From the IMG/VR virus record IMGVR_UViG_3300037506_000367, positions 1-24,915 of that record: a stretch of DNA of 24,915 nucleotides; one strand, given 5' to 3'. The notes under the pieces were generated by a model. It was not told the origin of the DNA. It ran no database searches and worked only from the letters and a program-made list of their open reading frames with translations. Source of the stretch: a virus (taxonomy: Duplodnaviria > Caudoviricetes). The position numbers and the translations under genes were made by a program. This document shows, one piece after another, positions 1 through 8,486 of the stretch (the stretch's first letter is position 1; each line of letters opens with the position of its first letter).

Positions 1-1
1 G

Positions 2-418
2 CAGGGCTCCCGGGTGTATGAGAATGTTAGAGTTCGCGCCGCCATAGACGAGAAGCTCGCCGAGCAGGCGATGGCCAAGACCGAGGTCTTGGCGCGCATC
101 GACGAGCAGGCCCGCGGGGTGCCCGATGACGCGCTCGACGACCAGGGCCGCGTCAGCATCGCCCGCCTGCGCGAGCTCGGCCTGACACACCTCATCCGCC
201 GGGTGAAGATCACCGAGCGGATCCTCCCCGGCCTGGGCAAGACCCTCGACGACGGCAAGGAGATGCCGGCGACCGAGACCAAGACCGAGGTCGAGATCGA
301 GAGCACCCAGAGCGCGCTGGAGCTCCTGGCCCGCGCGTACGGCGCCCTGACCGACCGCGTCGAGGTCGACGCCAGCGAGAAGGGGATCGTGATGCTCCCC
401 CCCAAAAAGAAGGCCTAG
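2..418 (+). CDS. terS: Terminase small subunit, 5'-truncated by the window edge
   Basis: Frame open from base 2 (QGSRVYENVRVRAAIDE, resembling the TerS 'GSRLLxNVKVxAAI' segment). C-terminal 'ALELLARAYGALTDRVEV'. Directly upstream of terL. Confidence 0.8.
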   Translation, partial: QGSRVYENVRVRAAIDEKLAEQAMAKTEVLARIDEQARGVPDDALDDQGRVSIARLRELGLTHLIRRVKITERILPGLGKTLDDGKEMPATETKTEVEIESTQSALELLARAYGALTDRVEVDASEKGIVMLPPKKKA

Positions 419-421
419 GCG

Positions 422-1957
422 ATGACGCCAGAGGAGCGCCGCGCGAAGCTGTACGCCGAGCCGCCCCCGGGCGAGAACGTCGCCTGGGGCGCGTTCGAGG
501 GCGCCCAGGCGGAGTTTATGGCGTGCCCCGCCTTCGAGTCGCTCTTCGGCGGTGCCGCGGGCCCTGGCAAGACGTCGTGCCTGATCTCCGAAGGCCTGCG
601 GCATGTCGACCACCCGAACCACCACGCCGTGTTCTTTCGGCGCACCTGCCCGGAGCTCGACGACGAGGTCATCCCGCGCGCGAAGCAGCTCTTCTCCAGC
701 ATCAAGGGGCTGACGGCGAAGTTCTCGGCGCGCCGCTGTACCTTCAGCACCAAGGCTCGGTTCAAATTCAGCCACCTGGAGAAAGAGAGCGACGTCCTCA
801 AGCATCACTCGACCGAGTACACGTACGCGGCGTTTGATGAGCTGACGAGCTTCACCGAGAAGCAGTACCGCTACCTGCTCTCGCGCCTCCGCTCGGCGCA
901 CGGCCTGGAGCCCTATGTCCGCGCCGGCACGAACCCCGGCGGCCCCGGCGCCGAGTGGGTGTTTAAGCGCTGGGCGCCGTGGCTCGACCCCGAGTTCTCA
1001 AACCCGAACTGGAAGGCCTGCGGCTGGTCGGGCCCGCGCCCGGCGCCCGGCGAGCCGATCTGGTTTCTGACGAACGAGGAGACCGGCGAGGATATCTGGG
1101 TGCCGCGCGGCACGCCGATGGCCAAGTCGCGCTGCTTCCACCCGGCGAAGCTCGAGGATAACCCGGCGCTCGGCGGCGCCACCGGCGACTATGCCGCGAC
1201 GCTCGCCACCCTGGACCCGTTAACCCGGAAGCAGCTCCGCGAGGGGGACTGGATGGCGAGGCCCGCGCCGCGCACCTTTTTCCGCCGCGAGTGGATGCCG
1301 GTCGTCGACGCCCTGCCCCCCGAGGCGGCGCGGCGCGTAAGGCGCGTGCGCTGGTGGGATCGGGCCGCGACCGAGGAGGGCGCGGGCTCAAACCCCGACT
1401 TCACCGCCGCCGCCCGGATCTCATATGACGAGGTCGACGACCTCTTTTATATCGAAGACCTCGTCCACTTCCGGGCCGCGCCAGGCGGCGTCAAGAGCCG
1501 CCTCCTACAGACCACGGAAGACGACGGCTACGACGTCGAGATCGCGCTCGCGCAGGATCCCGGCGCGGCGGGCGTCTTCGAGGTGACCGAGTACATCAAG
1601 GCCCTGACCGGTTACCCCGTCAGCGTCCACCGCGAGACCGGCGACAAGCTCTCCTACGCGAAGGCCTGCTCGGCGGTGGTCGCGCCGCCCCCCGGGCAGA
1701 CCGTGGGGCGCTTCCGCGTGGTCAGAGGGCCCTGGAACGGCGTGCTCTTCGCCGAGCTCGAGGCGTTCCCGACCAAGGGCGTCAAAGACGACATTGTAGA
1801 CACGGTGTGCAAGGGCTTCCGGGTGCTCGCCGAGGGCGGCGGCTGCACCGAGAGCGCGCCGCCGGCGCCGGCGGGCCGTGGGACCTCGCGCCGCTTTTCC
1901 GACAACGATGACGACGACACGGGCGGCTTCGGCGGCCTGCCCGGCCGGAGGTGGTAG
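422..1957 (+). CDS. terL: Terminase large subunit, 511 aa
   Basis: Walker A GGAAGPGKT, Walker B YAAFDE, motif III GTNPGG, nuclease acidic motifs RWWDRAAT, NPDFTA and KDDIVD. Confidence 0.95.
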   Translation: MTPEERRAKLYAEPPPGENVAWGAFEGAQAEFMACPAFESLFGGAAGPGKTSCLISEGLRHVDHPNHHAVFFRRTCPELDDEVIPRAKQLFSSIKGLTAKFSARRCTFSTKARFKFSHLEKESDVLKHHSTEYTYAAFDELTSFTEKQYRYLLSRLRSAHGLEPYVRAGTNPGGPGAEWVFKRWAPWLDPEFSNPNWKACGWSGPRPAPGEPIWFLTNEETGEDIWVPRGTPMAKSRCFHPAKLEDNPALGGATGDYAATLATLDPLTRKQLREGDWMARPAPRTFFRREWMPVVDALPPEAARRVRRVRWWDRAATEEGAGSNPDFTAAARISYDEVDDLFYIEDLVHFRAAPGGVKSRLLQTTEDDGYDVEIALAQDPGAAGVFEVTEYIKALTGYPVSVHRETGDKLSYAKACSAVVAPPPGQTVGRFRVVRGPWNGVLFAELEAFPTKGVKDDIVDTVCKGFRVLAEGGGCTESAPPAPAGRGTSRRFSDNDDDDTGGFGGLPGRRW

Positions 1958-3316
1958 ATGGGCCTCTTCTCCCGGATCGCCTCCTGGCTGCGCCCCGGCG
2001 ACGCGCGCTTCTACAAGCCCGACGCCGAGGACGAGAAGCGCCTGGTCGTGCCGCAGGTGCCCTACCTGCAGACGCTTACCGCCTGGAAGCCGTCGACCGT
2101 GCTCGCCGCCCTCGACGCGCACGAGCTCGGCGACTTCAGCCAGAGCGGCCTCCTCTGGCAGTGGTGCGCCGCGCGCGACGATCGGCTGCGCGCGGTGCTG
2201 CACGTCCGCGCGAGCGGCTTGCCGTCGCTCCCCTTCGCGGCCCTGCCCGCGACCCCCGACCGCCCGACGCCCGAGGAGGAGGAGGCCGCGGCGCTCTTAG
2301 AGGCGGGGTGGTTCGATATCTTCCCCGAGTCGACGGTGCGCGCCCTCTTCCGCGCCGCGGTCGGGATGGGCGTCGTCGCGGCGCGGGTGCGCATGGTCAC
2401 GGGTCACCGCGGTCTCTGGTGGCCTCGGCTGACGGTGTGGCCCCCCGAGGCGCTCCGGTACGACGACAACGAGCGGTGCTTCTACGCGCAGGCCCGGAAC
2501 TGCGCCGACGTGAAGATCACCCCGGGGGAGGGGTGGTTCCTCTGGCAACCCGACGGCCCGCGCGGCTTCCAGCTCGCCGCGGTGCTCGCGCTCGCGCTGC
2601 CCTGCCTGATCTCGAACTTCACGCAGCGCGACTGGGCCAACTACTCCGACGCCCACGGCCACCCGGTGGCGAAGGCCTCGGTCCCGCGCGGCGCGAAGCA
2701 GACCGAGAAAGACGCCTTCGTCGCGAACCTGAAGGCGCTCGACTCGAAGACCAAGGTGCTCCTCACCCAGAAGAACCTCGACGGCAGCGGCTTTGACTTC
2801 GAGTGGGTCTCGCTCGAGGGCAAGGAGGTCAACACCTTCGAGCGGGCGCTCGAGCAGGCGAACAAGGCGAAGGCGATCCTGCTCCTCGGCCAATCGCTGA
2901 CGACCGACGTCGCGGACTCGGGCAGCCGCGCGCTCGGGGCGGTGCACAACCAGATCCGAAACCAGATCTTGAAGAGCGACGCCGAGGGTTTCGTTACCGC
3001 GGTCAGGGAGCAGATCGTCAAGCCCTGGGCGCGCTATAACCTCGGCGCCGAGGCGCTCGCGCCTTGGCCCCGGTACGACCACAAGCCACCCGCCGACCGG
3101 AAGGCCGAGGCCGAGACACACGTCATCGCGGCGAGCGCCGTCACCGCGCTGCAGGGAGTGCTCACCGGCACCGGGAAGCGCCTGGATACCGTCGCTTACC
3201 TGGAGCGGCTCGAGTTGCCGCTAGAGGAAGAGGCCGCGGCGGAGGCGAAGCCGGCCGCGCCGCAGAACGGCAAGCCGGCGGTCGCGCCGGTCGTGGCAGG
3301 GAGGGTGAGCGCATGA
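1958..3316 (+). CDS. Portal protein, Mu gp29/DUF935-like, 452 aa
   Basis: Follows terL. Motifs RDDRLRAVLHVR, RDWANYSDAHGHP, KAILLLGQSLTT and GSRALGAVHNQIR are typical of DUF935 portals. Confidence 0.9.
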   Translation: MGLFSRIASWLRPGDARFYKPDAEDEKRLVVPQVPYLQTLTAWKPSTVLAALDAHELGDFSQSGLLWQWCAARDDRLRAVLHVRASGLPSLPFAALPATPDRPTPEEEEAAALLEAGWFDIFPESTVRALFRAAVGMGVVAARVRMVTGHRGLWWPRLTVWPPEALRYDDNERCFYAQARNCADVKITPGEGWFLWQPDGPRGFQLAAVLALALPCLISNFTQRDWANYSDAHGHPVAKASVPRGAKQTEKDAFVANLKALDSKTKVLLTQKNLDGSGFDFEWVSLEGKEVNTFERALEQANKAKAILLLGQSLTTDVADSGSRALGAVHNQIRNQILKSDAEGFVTAVREQIVKPWARYNLGAEALAPWPRYDHKPPADRKAEAETHVIAASAVTALQGVLTGTGKRLDTVAYLERLELPLEEEAAAEAKPAAPQNGKPAVAPVVAGRVSA

Positions 3317-3510
3317 ACGATCTCCGCGCGCTTCTAAACATCGGCGTGCCGCCCGTGAAGATCGCAGCGCATCTCGGCGTGTCGCGCGTCGCGGTCCACT
3401 ACTGGCAAACGGGGGTTTGCCAGCCCTCGCCGACCCACGCGCTGCAACTCTCGCTCTTACTCGCCGAGATCCGGGCCCGCCTGGACGGACGCCGCTTAAC
3501 GGGACGTTAA
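3313..3510 (+). CDS. Small Cro/XRE-like HTH protein, 65 aa
   Basis: ATGA overlap with the portal stop and GGAGGG upstream. MNDLRALLNIGVPPVKIAAHLGVSRVAVHYWQTGVCQPS fits the HTH pattern IAxxLGVSxxAVxxW. It is the C-terminal part of listed ORF 3064..3510. Confidence 0.75.
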   Translation: MNDLRALLNIGVPPVKIAAHLGVSRVAVHYWQTGVCQPSPTHALQLSLLLAEIRARLDGRRLTGR

Positions 3511-3526
3511 GACTCGTTAAGTTAAC
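3495..3526. promoter_or_regulatory. Candidate operator: clustered GTTAA repeats
   Basis: CTTAAC-N5-GTTAAG inverted repeat (3495-3511), CGTTAAG direct repeats at 3505 and 3515, and a GTTAAC palindrome at 3521, all in an AT-enriched patch before the protease gene. Confidence 0.4.
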
Positions 3527-3572
3527 ATCGTTTCCCTTACCTTAGGCGCGCGGAGTGCCCCATTCTGGGGGC

Positions 3573-4847
3573 ATGAGTACGGCCGCGATGAAGGCGCTCG
3601 CTCCTCGCACCAAAGAGATCCCGCGGCTCACCCGCGAGGTCTCGGTCGTGCCGGGCTCCGTGAACGAGGAGGCCCGGGAGATCGACGTCGTCTGGACGAC
3701 GGGCGCGGAGGTGCGGCGCTTCGACTGGTGGACGGGCGAGGTATGGCTTGAGCGCCTGTCGATGGACCCGAAGCACGTCGACCTGCGTCGGCTGAACTCG
3801 GGCGCGCCGGTACTCTGGGACCACGACCCGCGGAAGCAGATCGGCTGCGTGGTCCGCGGCTCCGCGCGGATCGAGGGCGGCCGTGGCCTCGCGCGCCTGC
3901 GCTTCTCGAAGCGCGACGAGGTGACCCCGCTCTGGCAGGACATCAGCGGCGGCATCCGCGAGAAGTTCTCGGTCGGGTACGACGTCCTCAAGTACGAGGA
4001 AGAGTACCGCGACGGCGCGCTCTACTCGCGCCGCGCCGTCGACTGGGAGCCCGCCGAGCTCAGCACGGTCGCGATGCCCGCGGATATCGGGGCCGAGGTC
4101 ATGCGCCAGAAGCGCGGCGCCGCGGCCCCGACACACCCTTGCGCCTTCGTCATCAGGAGCGGAACCCCCATGCCGAGCGCCCTCAAGACCCGCATGACCT
4201 CCGATGAGAAGGTCTCGGCCATCGTCGAGATCCTGACCGCCGCCGGCCTGGACGAAGAGAAGGCGAAGAGCGCCGCCATGGAGGTCGTGCTCAAGCTGCA
4301 GGACGCCGACAGCGGCGAGGCGGCCCCGGCCGAGGAGCCGGGCGGCATGGCCGACGAGCCCGCCGCGGCCGCCGGCGACGTGGTCGAGGCCGCCCGCGCC
4401 GCGACCGGCCTGAAGAAGGGCGCGAGCGTGCAGGAGATCGTCGGCGCGCTCCGCGGCCTCAAGGACAACAGCGCGCAGCTCCGCGCCCTCACCTCCGATC
4501 TCGCCGAGGTCAAGGCCTTAGAGGGCCGGCGCCTCCTCGACGCGGCGGTGAAGACCCGCGCCGAGGGCGGCACCGGCCAGATCTCGCCGGCCTCGCGGAA
4601 GTTCTGGGAGGGCGAGCTCGCGCAGCCCGGCGGCCTCGCGCGCCTCCGCGGCTTCCTGGCGACGGCCGCGCCGGTCGACCCCGACCCGCAGATCGAGGCG
4701 CCCGGGCCGAAGACCGGCCCCGAGGGCAAGACGAGCTCGCCGAAGACCGGCGGCACCCGCGCGCTAACCGCCGAGGAGCGCGAGGTCTGCCGTCAGCTCG
4801 GACTCTCCGAGGCGGATTACCTGAAGAGCGCGCCGGCGCAGGCGTAG
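3573..4847 (+). CDS. Prohead protease (HK97-like) fused to a scaffold region; alternative start GTG 3555
   Basis: N-terminal half has GAPVLWDHD, FSVGY and DWEPAELSTVAMPAD (HK97-type protease His/Ser motifs). C-terminus ALTAEEREVCRQLGLSEADYLK resembles the Mu gpI/Z scaffold end. Confidence 0.85.
   Translation: MSTAAMKALAPRTKEIPRLTREVSVVPGSVNEEAREIDVVWTTGAEVRRFDWWTGEVWLERLSMDPKHVDLRRLNSGAPVLWDHDPRKQIGCVVRGSARIEGGRGLARLRFSKRDEVTPLWQDISGGIREKFSVGYDVLKYEEEYRDGALYSRRAVDWEPAELSTVAMPADIGAEVMRQKRGAAAPTHPCAFVIRSGTPMPSALKTRMTSDEKVSAIVEILTAAGLDEEKAKSAAMEVVLKLQDADSGEAAPAEEPGGMADEPAAAAGDVVEAARAATGLKKGASVQEIVGALRGLKDNSAQLRALTSDLAEVKALEGRRLLDAAVKTRAEGGTGQISPASRKFWEGELAQPGGLARLRGFLATAAPVDPDPQIEAPGPKTGPEGKTSSPKTGGTRALTAEEREVCRQLGLSEADYLKSAPAQA
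4170..4847 (+). CDS. Probable internally initiated scaffold protein (in frame with the protease)
   Basis: AGGAG at 4155-4159 lies 10 nt before the in-frame ATG at 4170 (MPSALKTR), at the protease/helical-region boundary. Analogous to Mu I/Z and lambda C/Nu3. Confidence 0.55.
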   Translation: MPSALKTRMTSDEKVSAIVEILTAAGLDEEKAKSAAMEVVLKLQDADSGEAAPAEEPGGMADEPAAAAGDVVEAARAATGLKKGASVQEIVGALRGLKDNSAQLRALTSDLAEVKALEGRRLLDAAVKTRAEGGTGQISPASRKFWEGELAQPGGLARLRGFLATAAPVDPDPQIEAPGPKTGPEGKTSSPKTGGTRALTAEEREVCRQLGLSEADYLKSAPAQA

Positions 4848-4865
4848 GCGAGCGAGAGGTAAGCG

Positions 4866-5741
4866 ATGGCCAACATCACCACCGAGAAGAACGTCGCCAA
4901 GCGGGGCGAGCTGCCTATCGCGGAGCTCTTCGAGATCCCGGTCGCGGCCTCGACGAAGATCCTCGCCGGCGGCATGGTCGCCGTCGACACCTCCGGCAAC
5001 GCGGTGAAGGCCGTCGCCGCCTCCGCGACGCCGTCGGCCGCGGGCTACGGCCTGAAGATCGTCGGGCGCTGCGAGGAGACCGCCGACAACTCCTCCGGCG
5101 CGGCCGGCGACATCAAGGTCAAGGTACGCCGCGGGGTCTTCGAGCTCGAGACCGAGGCGGGCACCGGGATCGCGGTGACCGCGGCGGACGTCGGCGAGCT
5201 CTGTTACCTCGTCGACGACCAGACGGTTTCGCGCGACTCGAACCTCGGGCTTAGGCCCGAGGCGGGGGTCGTTGTCGGGCTCGAGGGCGGCAAGGTGTTC
5301 GTCGAGCTCGGTATGCGGCCGCGCCTGCACGAGCTCCGCGTCCTCTCGAACGGCGACCTCTCGGCGGCGGGCAACCAGTTCAAGTACGTGAAGCTCAACT
5401 CCTCGGGCAAGGTCGTGCTCTCCGGCGCGGGGGAGAACGCTGTCGGGGTCTTACAGAACACCCCGAACACCAACCAGGTCGCGGTCGTGAAGACCTACGG
5501 CCTGACCAAGGTGCGCTTAGGCGCGGACCTCGCGCAGGGCGACATCCTCGCCTCCGACGCGAGCGGCAAGGCGAAGGCCGCGGTCACCGGCCGCACCAAC
5601 ACCTCCGACGCCGGCGCCGCCAACGACCCGCTCTCGGGGAGCTTCGCCTTGGGTGACCTGCTCGAGAACAACGCCGCCGACGAGGATCTCGCGATGACCT
5701 TCTTCTGCCGGATGGGGGCGGTTCCCCAGACCGTTTCGTAG
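4866..5741 (+). CDS. Capsid decoration/cement-like protein with two tandem domains, 291 aa
   Basis: Between scaffold and capsid genes. Domain 1 (PVAASTKILAGGMVAV...VKVRRGVF...DVGELCYLVDDQTV) resembles the small protein preceding Mu-like gpT genes. Domain 2 (DLSAAGNQFKYVKL...GENAVGVLQN...LASDASGKA) resembles DUF2190-type cement. Confidence 0.65.
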   Translation: MANITTEKNVAKRGELPIAELFEIPVAASTKILAGGMVAVDTSGNAVKAVAASATPSAAGYGLKIVGRCEETADNSSGAAGDIKVKVRRGVFELETEAGTGIAVTAADVGELCYLVDDQTVSRDSNLGLRPEAGVVVGLEGGKVFVELGMRPRLHELRVLSNGDLSAAGNQFKYVKLNSSGKVVLSGAGENAVGVLQNTPNTNQVAVVKTYGLTKVRLGADLAQGDILASDASGKAKAAVTGRTNTSDAGAANDPLSGSFALGDLLENNAADEDLAMTFFCRMGAVPQTVS

Positions 5742-5807
5742 CGCGTAAGGAGCTGTTCTTCTGCCGCGTGGGGGCGCTGCCCCGAACCGAGCAGCAAGGA
5801 GCCGGCG

Positions 5808-6722
5808 ATGGACCTGACCCCGACCGTCTTGAAGAACATCCTGACTGGCTTCAAGGCCATCTACCAGGCGGCCTACGACTCCGCGCCGTTCTTCTGGAAC
5901 AAGATCGCGACCGAGGTGCCCTCCTCCGATAAGCAGGAGATCTACGGCTGGCTGCTACGGATCCCGACCCTGCGCGAGTGGATCGGCGATCGGCTCGTGC
6001 AGAACGCCGCGTTGGCGAGCTACACCCTGCGGAACAAGCACTACGAGCTGACCGAGGAGCTCGACCGCGACGACGTCGAAGACGACAGCCTCGGGCGCTA
6101 TAAGCCGCTCGTCGAGATGATGGGGCTCCAGGCGCGGAAGTGGCCCGACTACCTCCTCGCGGCGCTGCTGCAGGCGGGCACGACCGAGAAGGCCTTCGAC
6201 GGCAAGGCCTTCTTCGCCGACGATCACCCGAAGGATATCTCGGGCCGGACCTCGGGCACCTACGACAACAACTTCGCGTCGACGGCGCTCTCGACCGCGA
6301 ACTACGACGCCGTCCGCACCGCGATGATGTCGTACGTCGGCGAGGACGGGAAGCCGCTCGGCGTCCGGCCGAATCTCCTCGTCGTACCGCCGCAGCTCGA
6401 GCGTACCGCGCGCACGATCCTGAACGCCGAGCTGATCCCGAGCGCCGCCGGAACGGCCTCGGAGACGAACGTGCTCCGTGGCTCCGCGGACCTCCTGGTG
6501 GTCCCCGAGCTCGCGAACGAGGCGACGACCTGGTACCTGCTCGACGTCTCGAAGCCGATTAAGCCCTTCGTCTTCCAGCTCCGCAAGGCGCCGCAGTTCG
6601 TCACGAAGACCGCGATCGATGACGACTCGGTCTTCTGGAAGAACAAGTTCCACTACGGCGTGGACGCGCGCGGGAACGTCGGTTTCACCCTGCCGTTCCT
6701 CGCGGCCCGCGCGGCCGCCTAA
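5808..6722 (+). CDS. Major capsid protein, Mu gpT-like, 304 aa
   Basis: ATEVPS...YGWL...LREWIGDR, NKHYELT, FDGKAFFADDHP, LVVPPQLE, WYLLDVSKPIKPFVFQLRK, YGVDARGNVGF. SD AAGGAG at 5796. Confidence 0.95.
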   Translation: MDLTPTVLKNILTGFKAIYQAAYDSAPFFWNKIATEVPSSDKQEIYGWLLRIPTLREWIGDRLVQNAALASYTLRNKHYELTEELDRDDVEDDSLGRYKPLVEMMGLQARKWPDYLLAALLQAGTTEKAFDGKAFFADDHPKDISGRTSGTYDNNFASTALSTANYDAVRTAMMSYVGEDGKPLGVRPNLLVVPPQLERTARTILNAELIPSAAGTASETNVLRGSADLLVVPELANEATTWYLLDVSKPIKPFVFQLRKAPQFVTKTAIDDDSVFWKNKFHYGVDARGNVGFTLPFLAARAAA

Positions 6723-6748
6723 GCCGGGGCGGGGGTCTGGGGTGATGG

Positions 6749-7246
6749 ATGGCGGCGCCCTCCTACGCGATCGCGTCGAAGGCCTCGGAGCTTAAGCGCC
6801 GCGTCATCTACGTCATCGAGCGTGAGGTCCCCGAGCTCGCCCCCTCCGTCCTCTACCGGCTGCACACCGACACCACCTGCCGCCTCGACGACGTCACCGA
6901 GCCCGAGCGGTTCCGGCTCTTCGAGGTCATCTTCGAGACCCCGAACCTCGGCGGCGACCACTGGGGCGAGTCGAAGAACGCCTACGCGACGCGCTTCCGG
7001 GTGCGGATGGGCTACCCGCTCGGCGCCTACGAGGAGATCGAGGGGACCGAGTACCTGGTCGACGAGTTGAAGGACCACGACTTCGAGCAGCTCGACGACG
7101 TGCTCGAGGGCGGCGCTCCCTTCGCCGCGCTCGACGCCGACCACCCGGCGATTGGCGACTTCAAGATCATCGCGCTCGAGGGCCAGGTCGACCGCGGGCG
7201 GGTGCGGGAGACCATCTACCAGATCGACTACGACCGCACGAGGTAA
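6749..7246 (+). CDS. Hypothetical virion protein, positional tail-terminator/neck candidate, 165 aa
   Basis: Only gene between the capsid and tail-tube genes. Natural codon usage and a suitable size, but no motif recognised. Confidence 0.55.
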   Translation: MAAPSYAIASKASELKRRVIYVIEREVPELAPSVLYRLHTDTTCRLDDVTEPERFRLFEVIFETPNLGGDHWGESKNAYATRFRVRMGYPLGAYEEIEGTEYLVDELKDHDFEQLDDVLEGGAPFAALDADHPAIGDFKIIALEGQVDRGRVRETIYQIDYDRTR

Positions 7247-7249
7247 CCG

Positions 7250-8476
7250 ATGCCCGTCGCCCCCGTCCGCAAGCGGCGCTTCGCGATCGCGAAGGAGAGC
7301 GCCTTCGAGATCGCCGGCGCCTACGGCAACCCGTCGGCCTACCACGGCGTCACGGTCGACCCGGGCCGCGAGATGGTGCCGCGGGATGAGCACCTCAATA
7401 GCTTCGGCGACACGTACCCCGACACCCCCGGGGTGCAGACCGGTCAGGTCGGCGTCCTCTTCGACGCCTGTCACCAGACCTACGCCGACTTAAAGAACCT
7501 CTGGATCGCGACGCTCGGGCAGGAGGATCCCGGCGGTGACCTGACGCTCGGCGGCGGCACCAACAACGACTCGCAGGTTTCGATCTCCGCCGGCACGCCC
7601 GGCAAGATCGTCGAGATCACCGCGAACAACGGCGGGCCCGCCGTGCGCTTCCTGGTGCCGATCAAGAACTGGACGCCGGGCGCGCCGGGCACGGCCGTCT
7701 ACGCGATCAAGCTGCCCGCGGGCTACGTCAACGTCACCGCGGTCAAGAACCTGAGCCAGCTCGCCGGCGGCGTGTTCGACTACGTCTTCGGCACGGCCGC
7801 CGACACCTTCTCAATCGAGGTCGACCGCGCCGGCGCGAGCCGGCAGATCCCCTACAGGTTCCAGGGGTGCGCCATCACCGAGGCGCTCTTCCGCTACGAG
7901 CTCCGCAAGCGCCTGAGCTTCGGCTTCACCTTCCAGGCGTCGAAGTGGGCCGAGGATCCGGGCGGACTCTCGATCGCGGACCCCGCGGTCGGCACGACCC
8001 CCTTTATGTCGTTCGCCGGCGACTGGGCGCTGAACGACCTCGCGACGCCCGCGGTGCGCACCCCGATCGTGGTGAAGAAGCTCGAGTTCGGCTTCGCCCC
8101 GAAGCTCGTCGTCGAGACCGGGAGCCGCGGCCTGGACGGCAGCTTCGCGAACCTGGCCGGCTCGGATATCACCGGCTACACCCGCGACGAGTGGGTCGGG
8201 CGGCTCAAGCTGACCTTCACCTATCCCGACAAGGCGCGGCACACCGACCTCGTCACCGACGTCAAGAAGCAGCTCTTCGGCTCGCTGTATCCGGGCAAGC
8301 CCGGGCGGGCCGCGGCGGTGAACCGCCAGGCGCTCTGGTTCCACGAACTCATCCTGACCGCCGAGCCGAAGCTCGTCGAGGTCGACGGCGGCGAGGCGCA
8401 GGAGGCCGAGTTCAACATCGGCCGCGACCCGTCGCTCGGCCTCGCGAAGATGCACTGGGGGATGAGCAACACCTAA
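7250..8476 (+). CDS. Putative major tail tube protein, 408 aa
   Basis: N-terminal RRFAIAKESAF (like tube 'AKxESxYG' starts), TFSIEVD...FQGCAITE, beta-rich. Directly precedes the frameshifted chaperone pair. Confidence 0.65.
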   Translation: MPVAPVRKRRFAIAKESAFEIAGAYGNPSAYHGVTVDPGREMVPRDEHLNSFGDTYPDTPGVQTGQVGVLFDACHQTYADLKNLWIATLGQEDPGGDLTLGGGTNNDSQVSISAGTPGKIVEITANNGGPAVRFLVPIKNWTPGAPGTAVYAIKLPAGYVNVTAVKNLSQLAGGVFDYVFGTAADTFSIEVDRAGASRQIPYRFQGCAITEALFRYELRKRLSFGFTFQASKWAEDPGGLSIADPAVGTTPFMSFAGDWALNDLATPAVRTPIVVKKLEFGFAPKLVVETGSRGLDGSFANLAGSDITGYTRDEWVGRLKLTFTYPDKARHTDLVTDVKKQLFGSLYPGKPGRAAAVNRQALWFHELILTAEPKLVEVDGGEAQEAEFNIGRDPSLGLAKMHWGMSNT

Positions 8477-8486
8477 GGAGGTCTTA

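Noticed and set aside
2-3316. Amber recoding (TAG as sense) fusing terS-terL-portal
   Set aside because: Each gene has a complete expected size and a start right after the TAG. No conserved domain is interrupted by TAG, and other in-frame junctions use TAA.
1958-6722. Calling the element a transposable Mu-like phage
   Set aside because: Only head genes are Mu-like. No transposase A/B, Mor, Gam or Mu-type ends are visible in the window.
6726-6752. G-rich tract after the capsid stop as a G-quadruplex or terminator
   Set aside because: Only three long G runs, and no stem with a U-tract.
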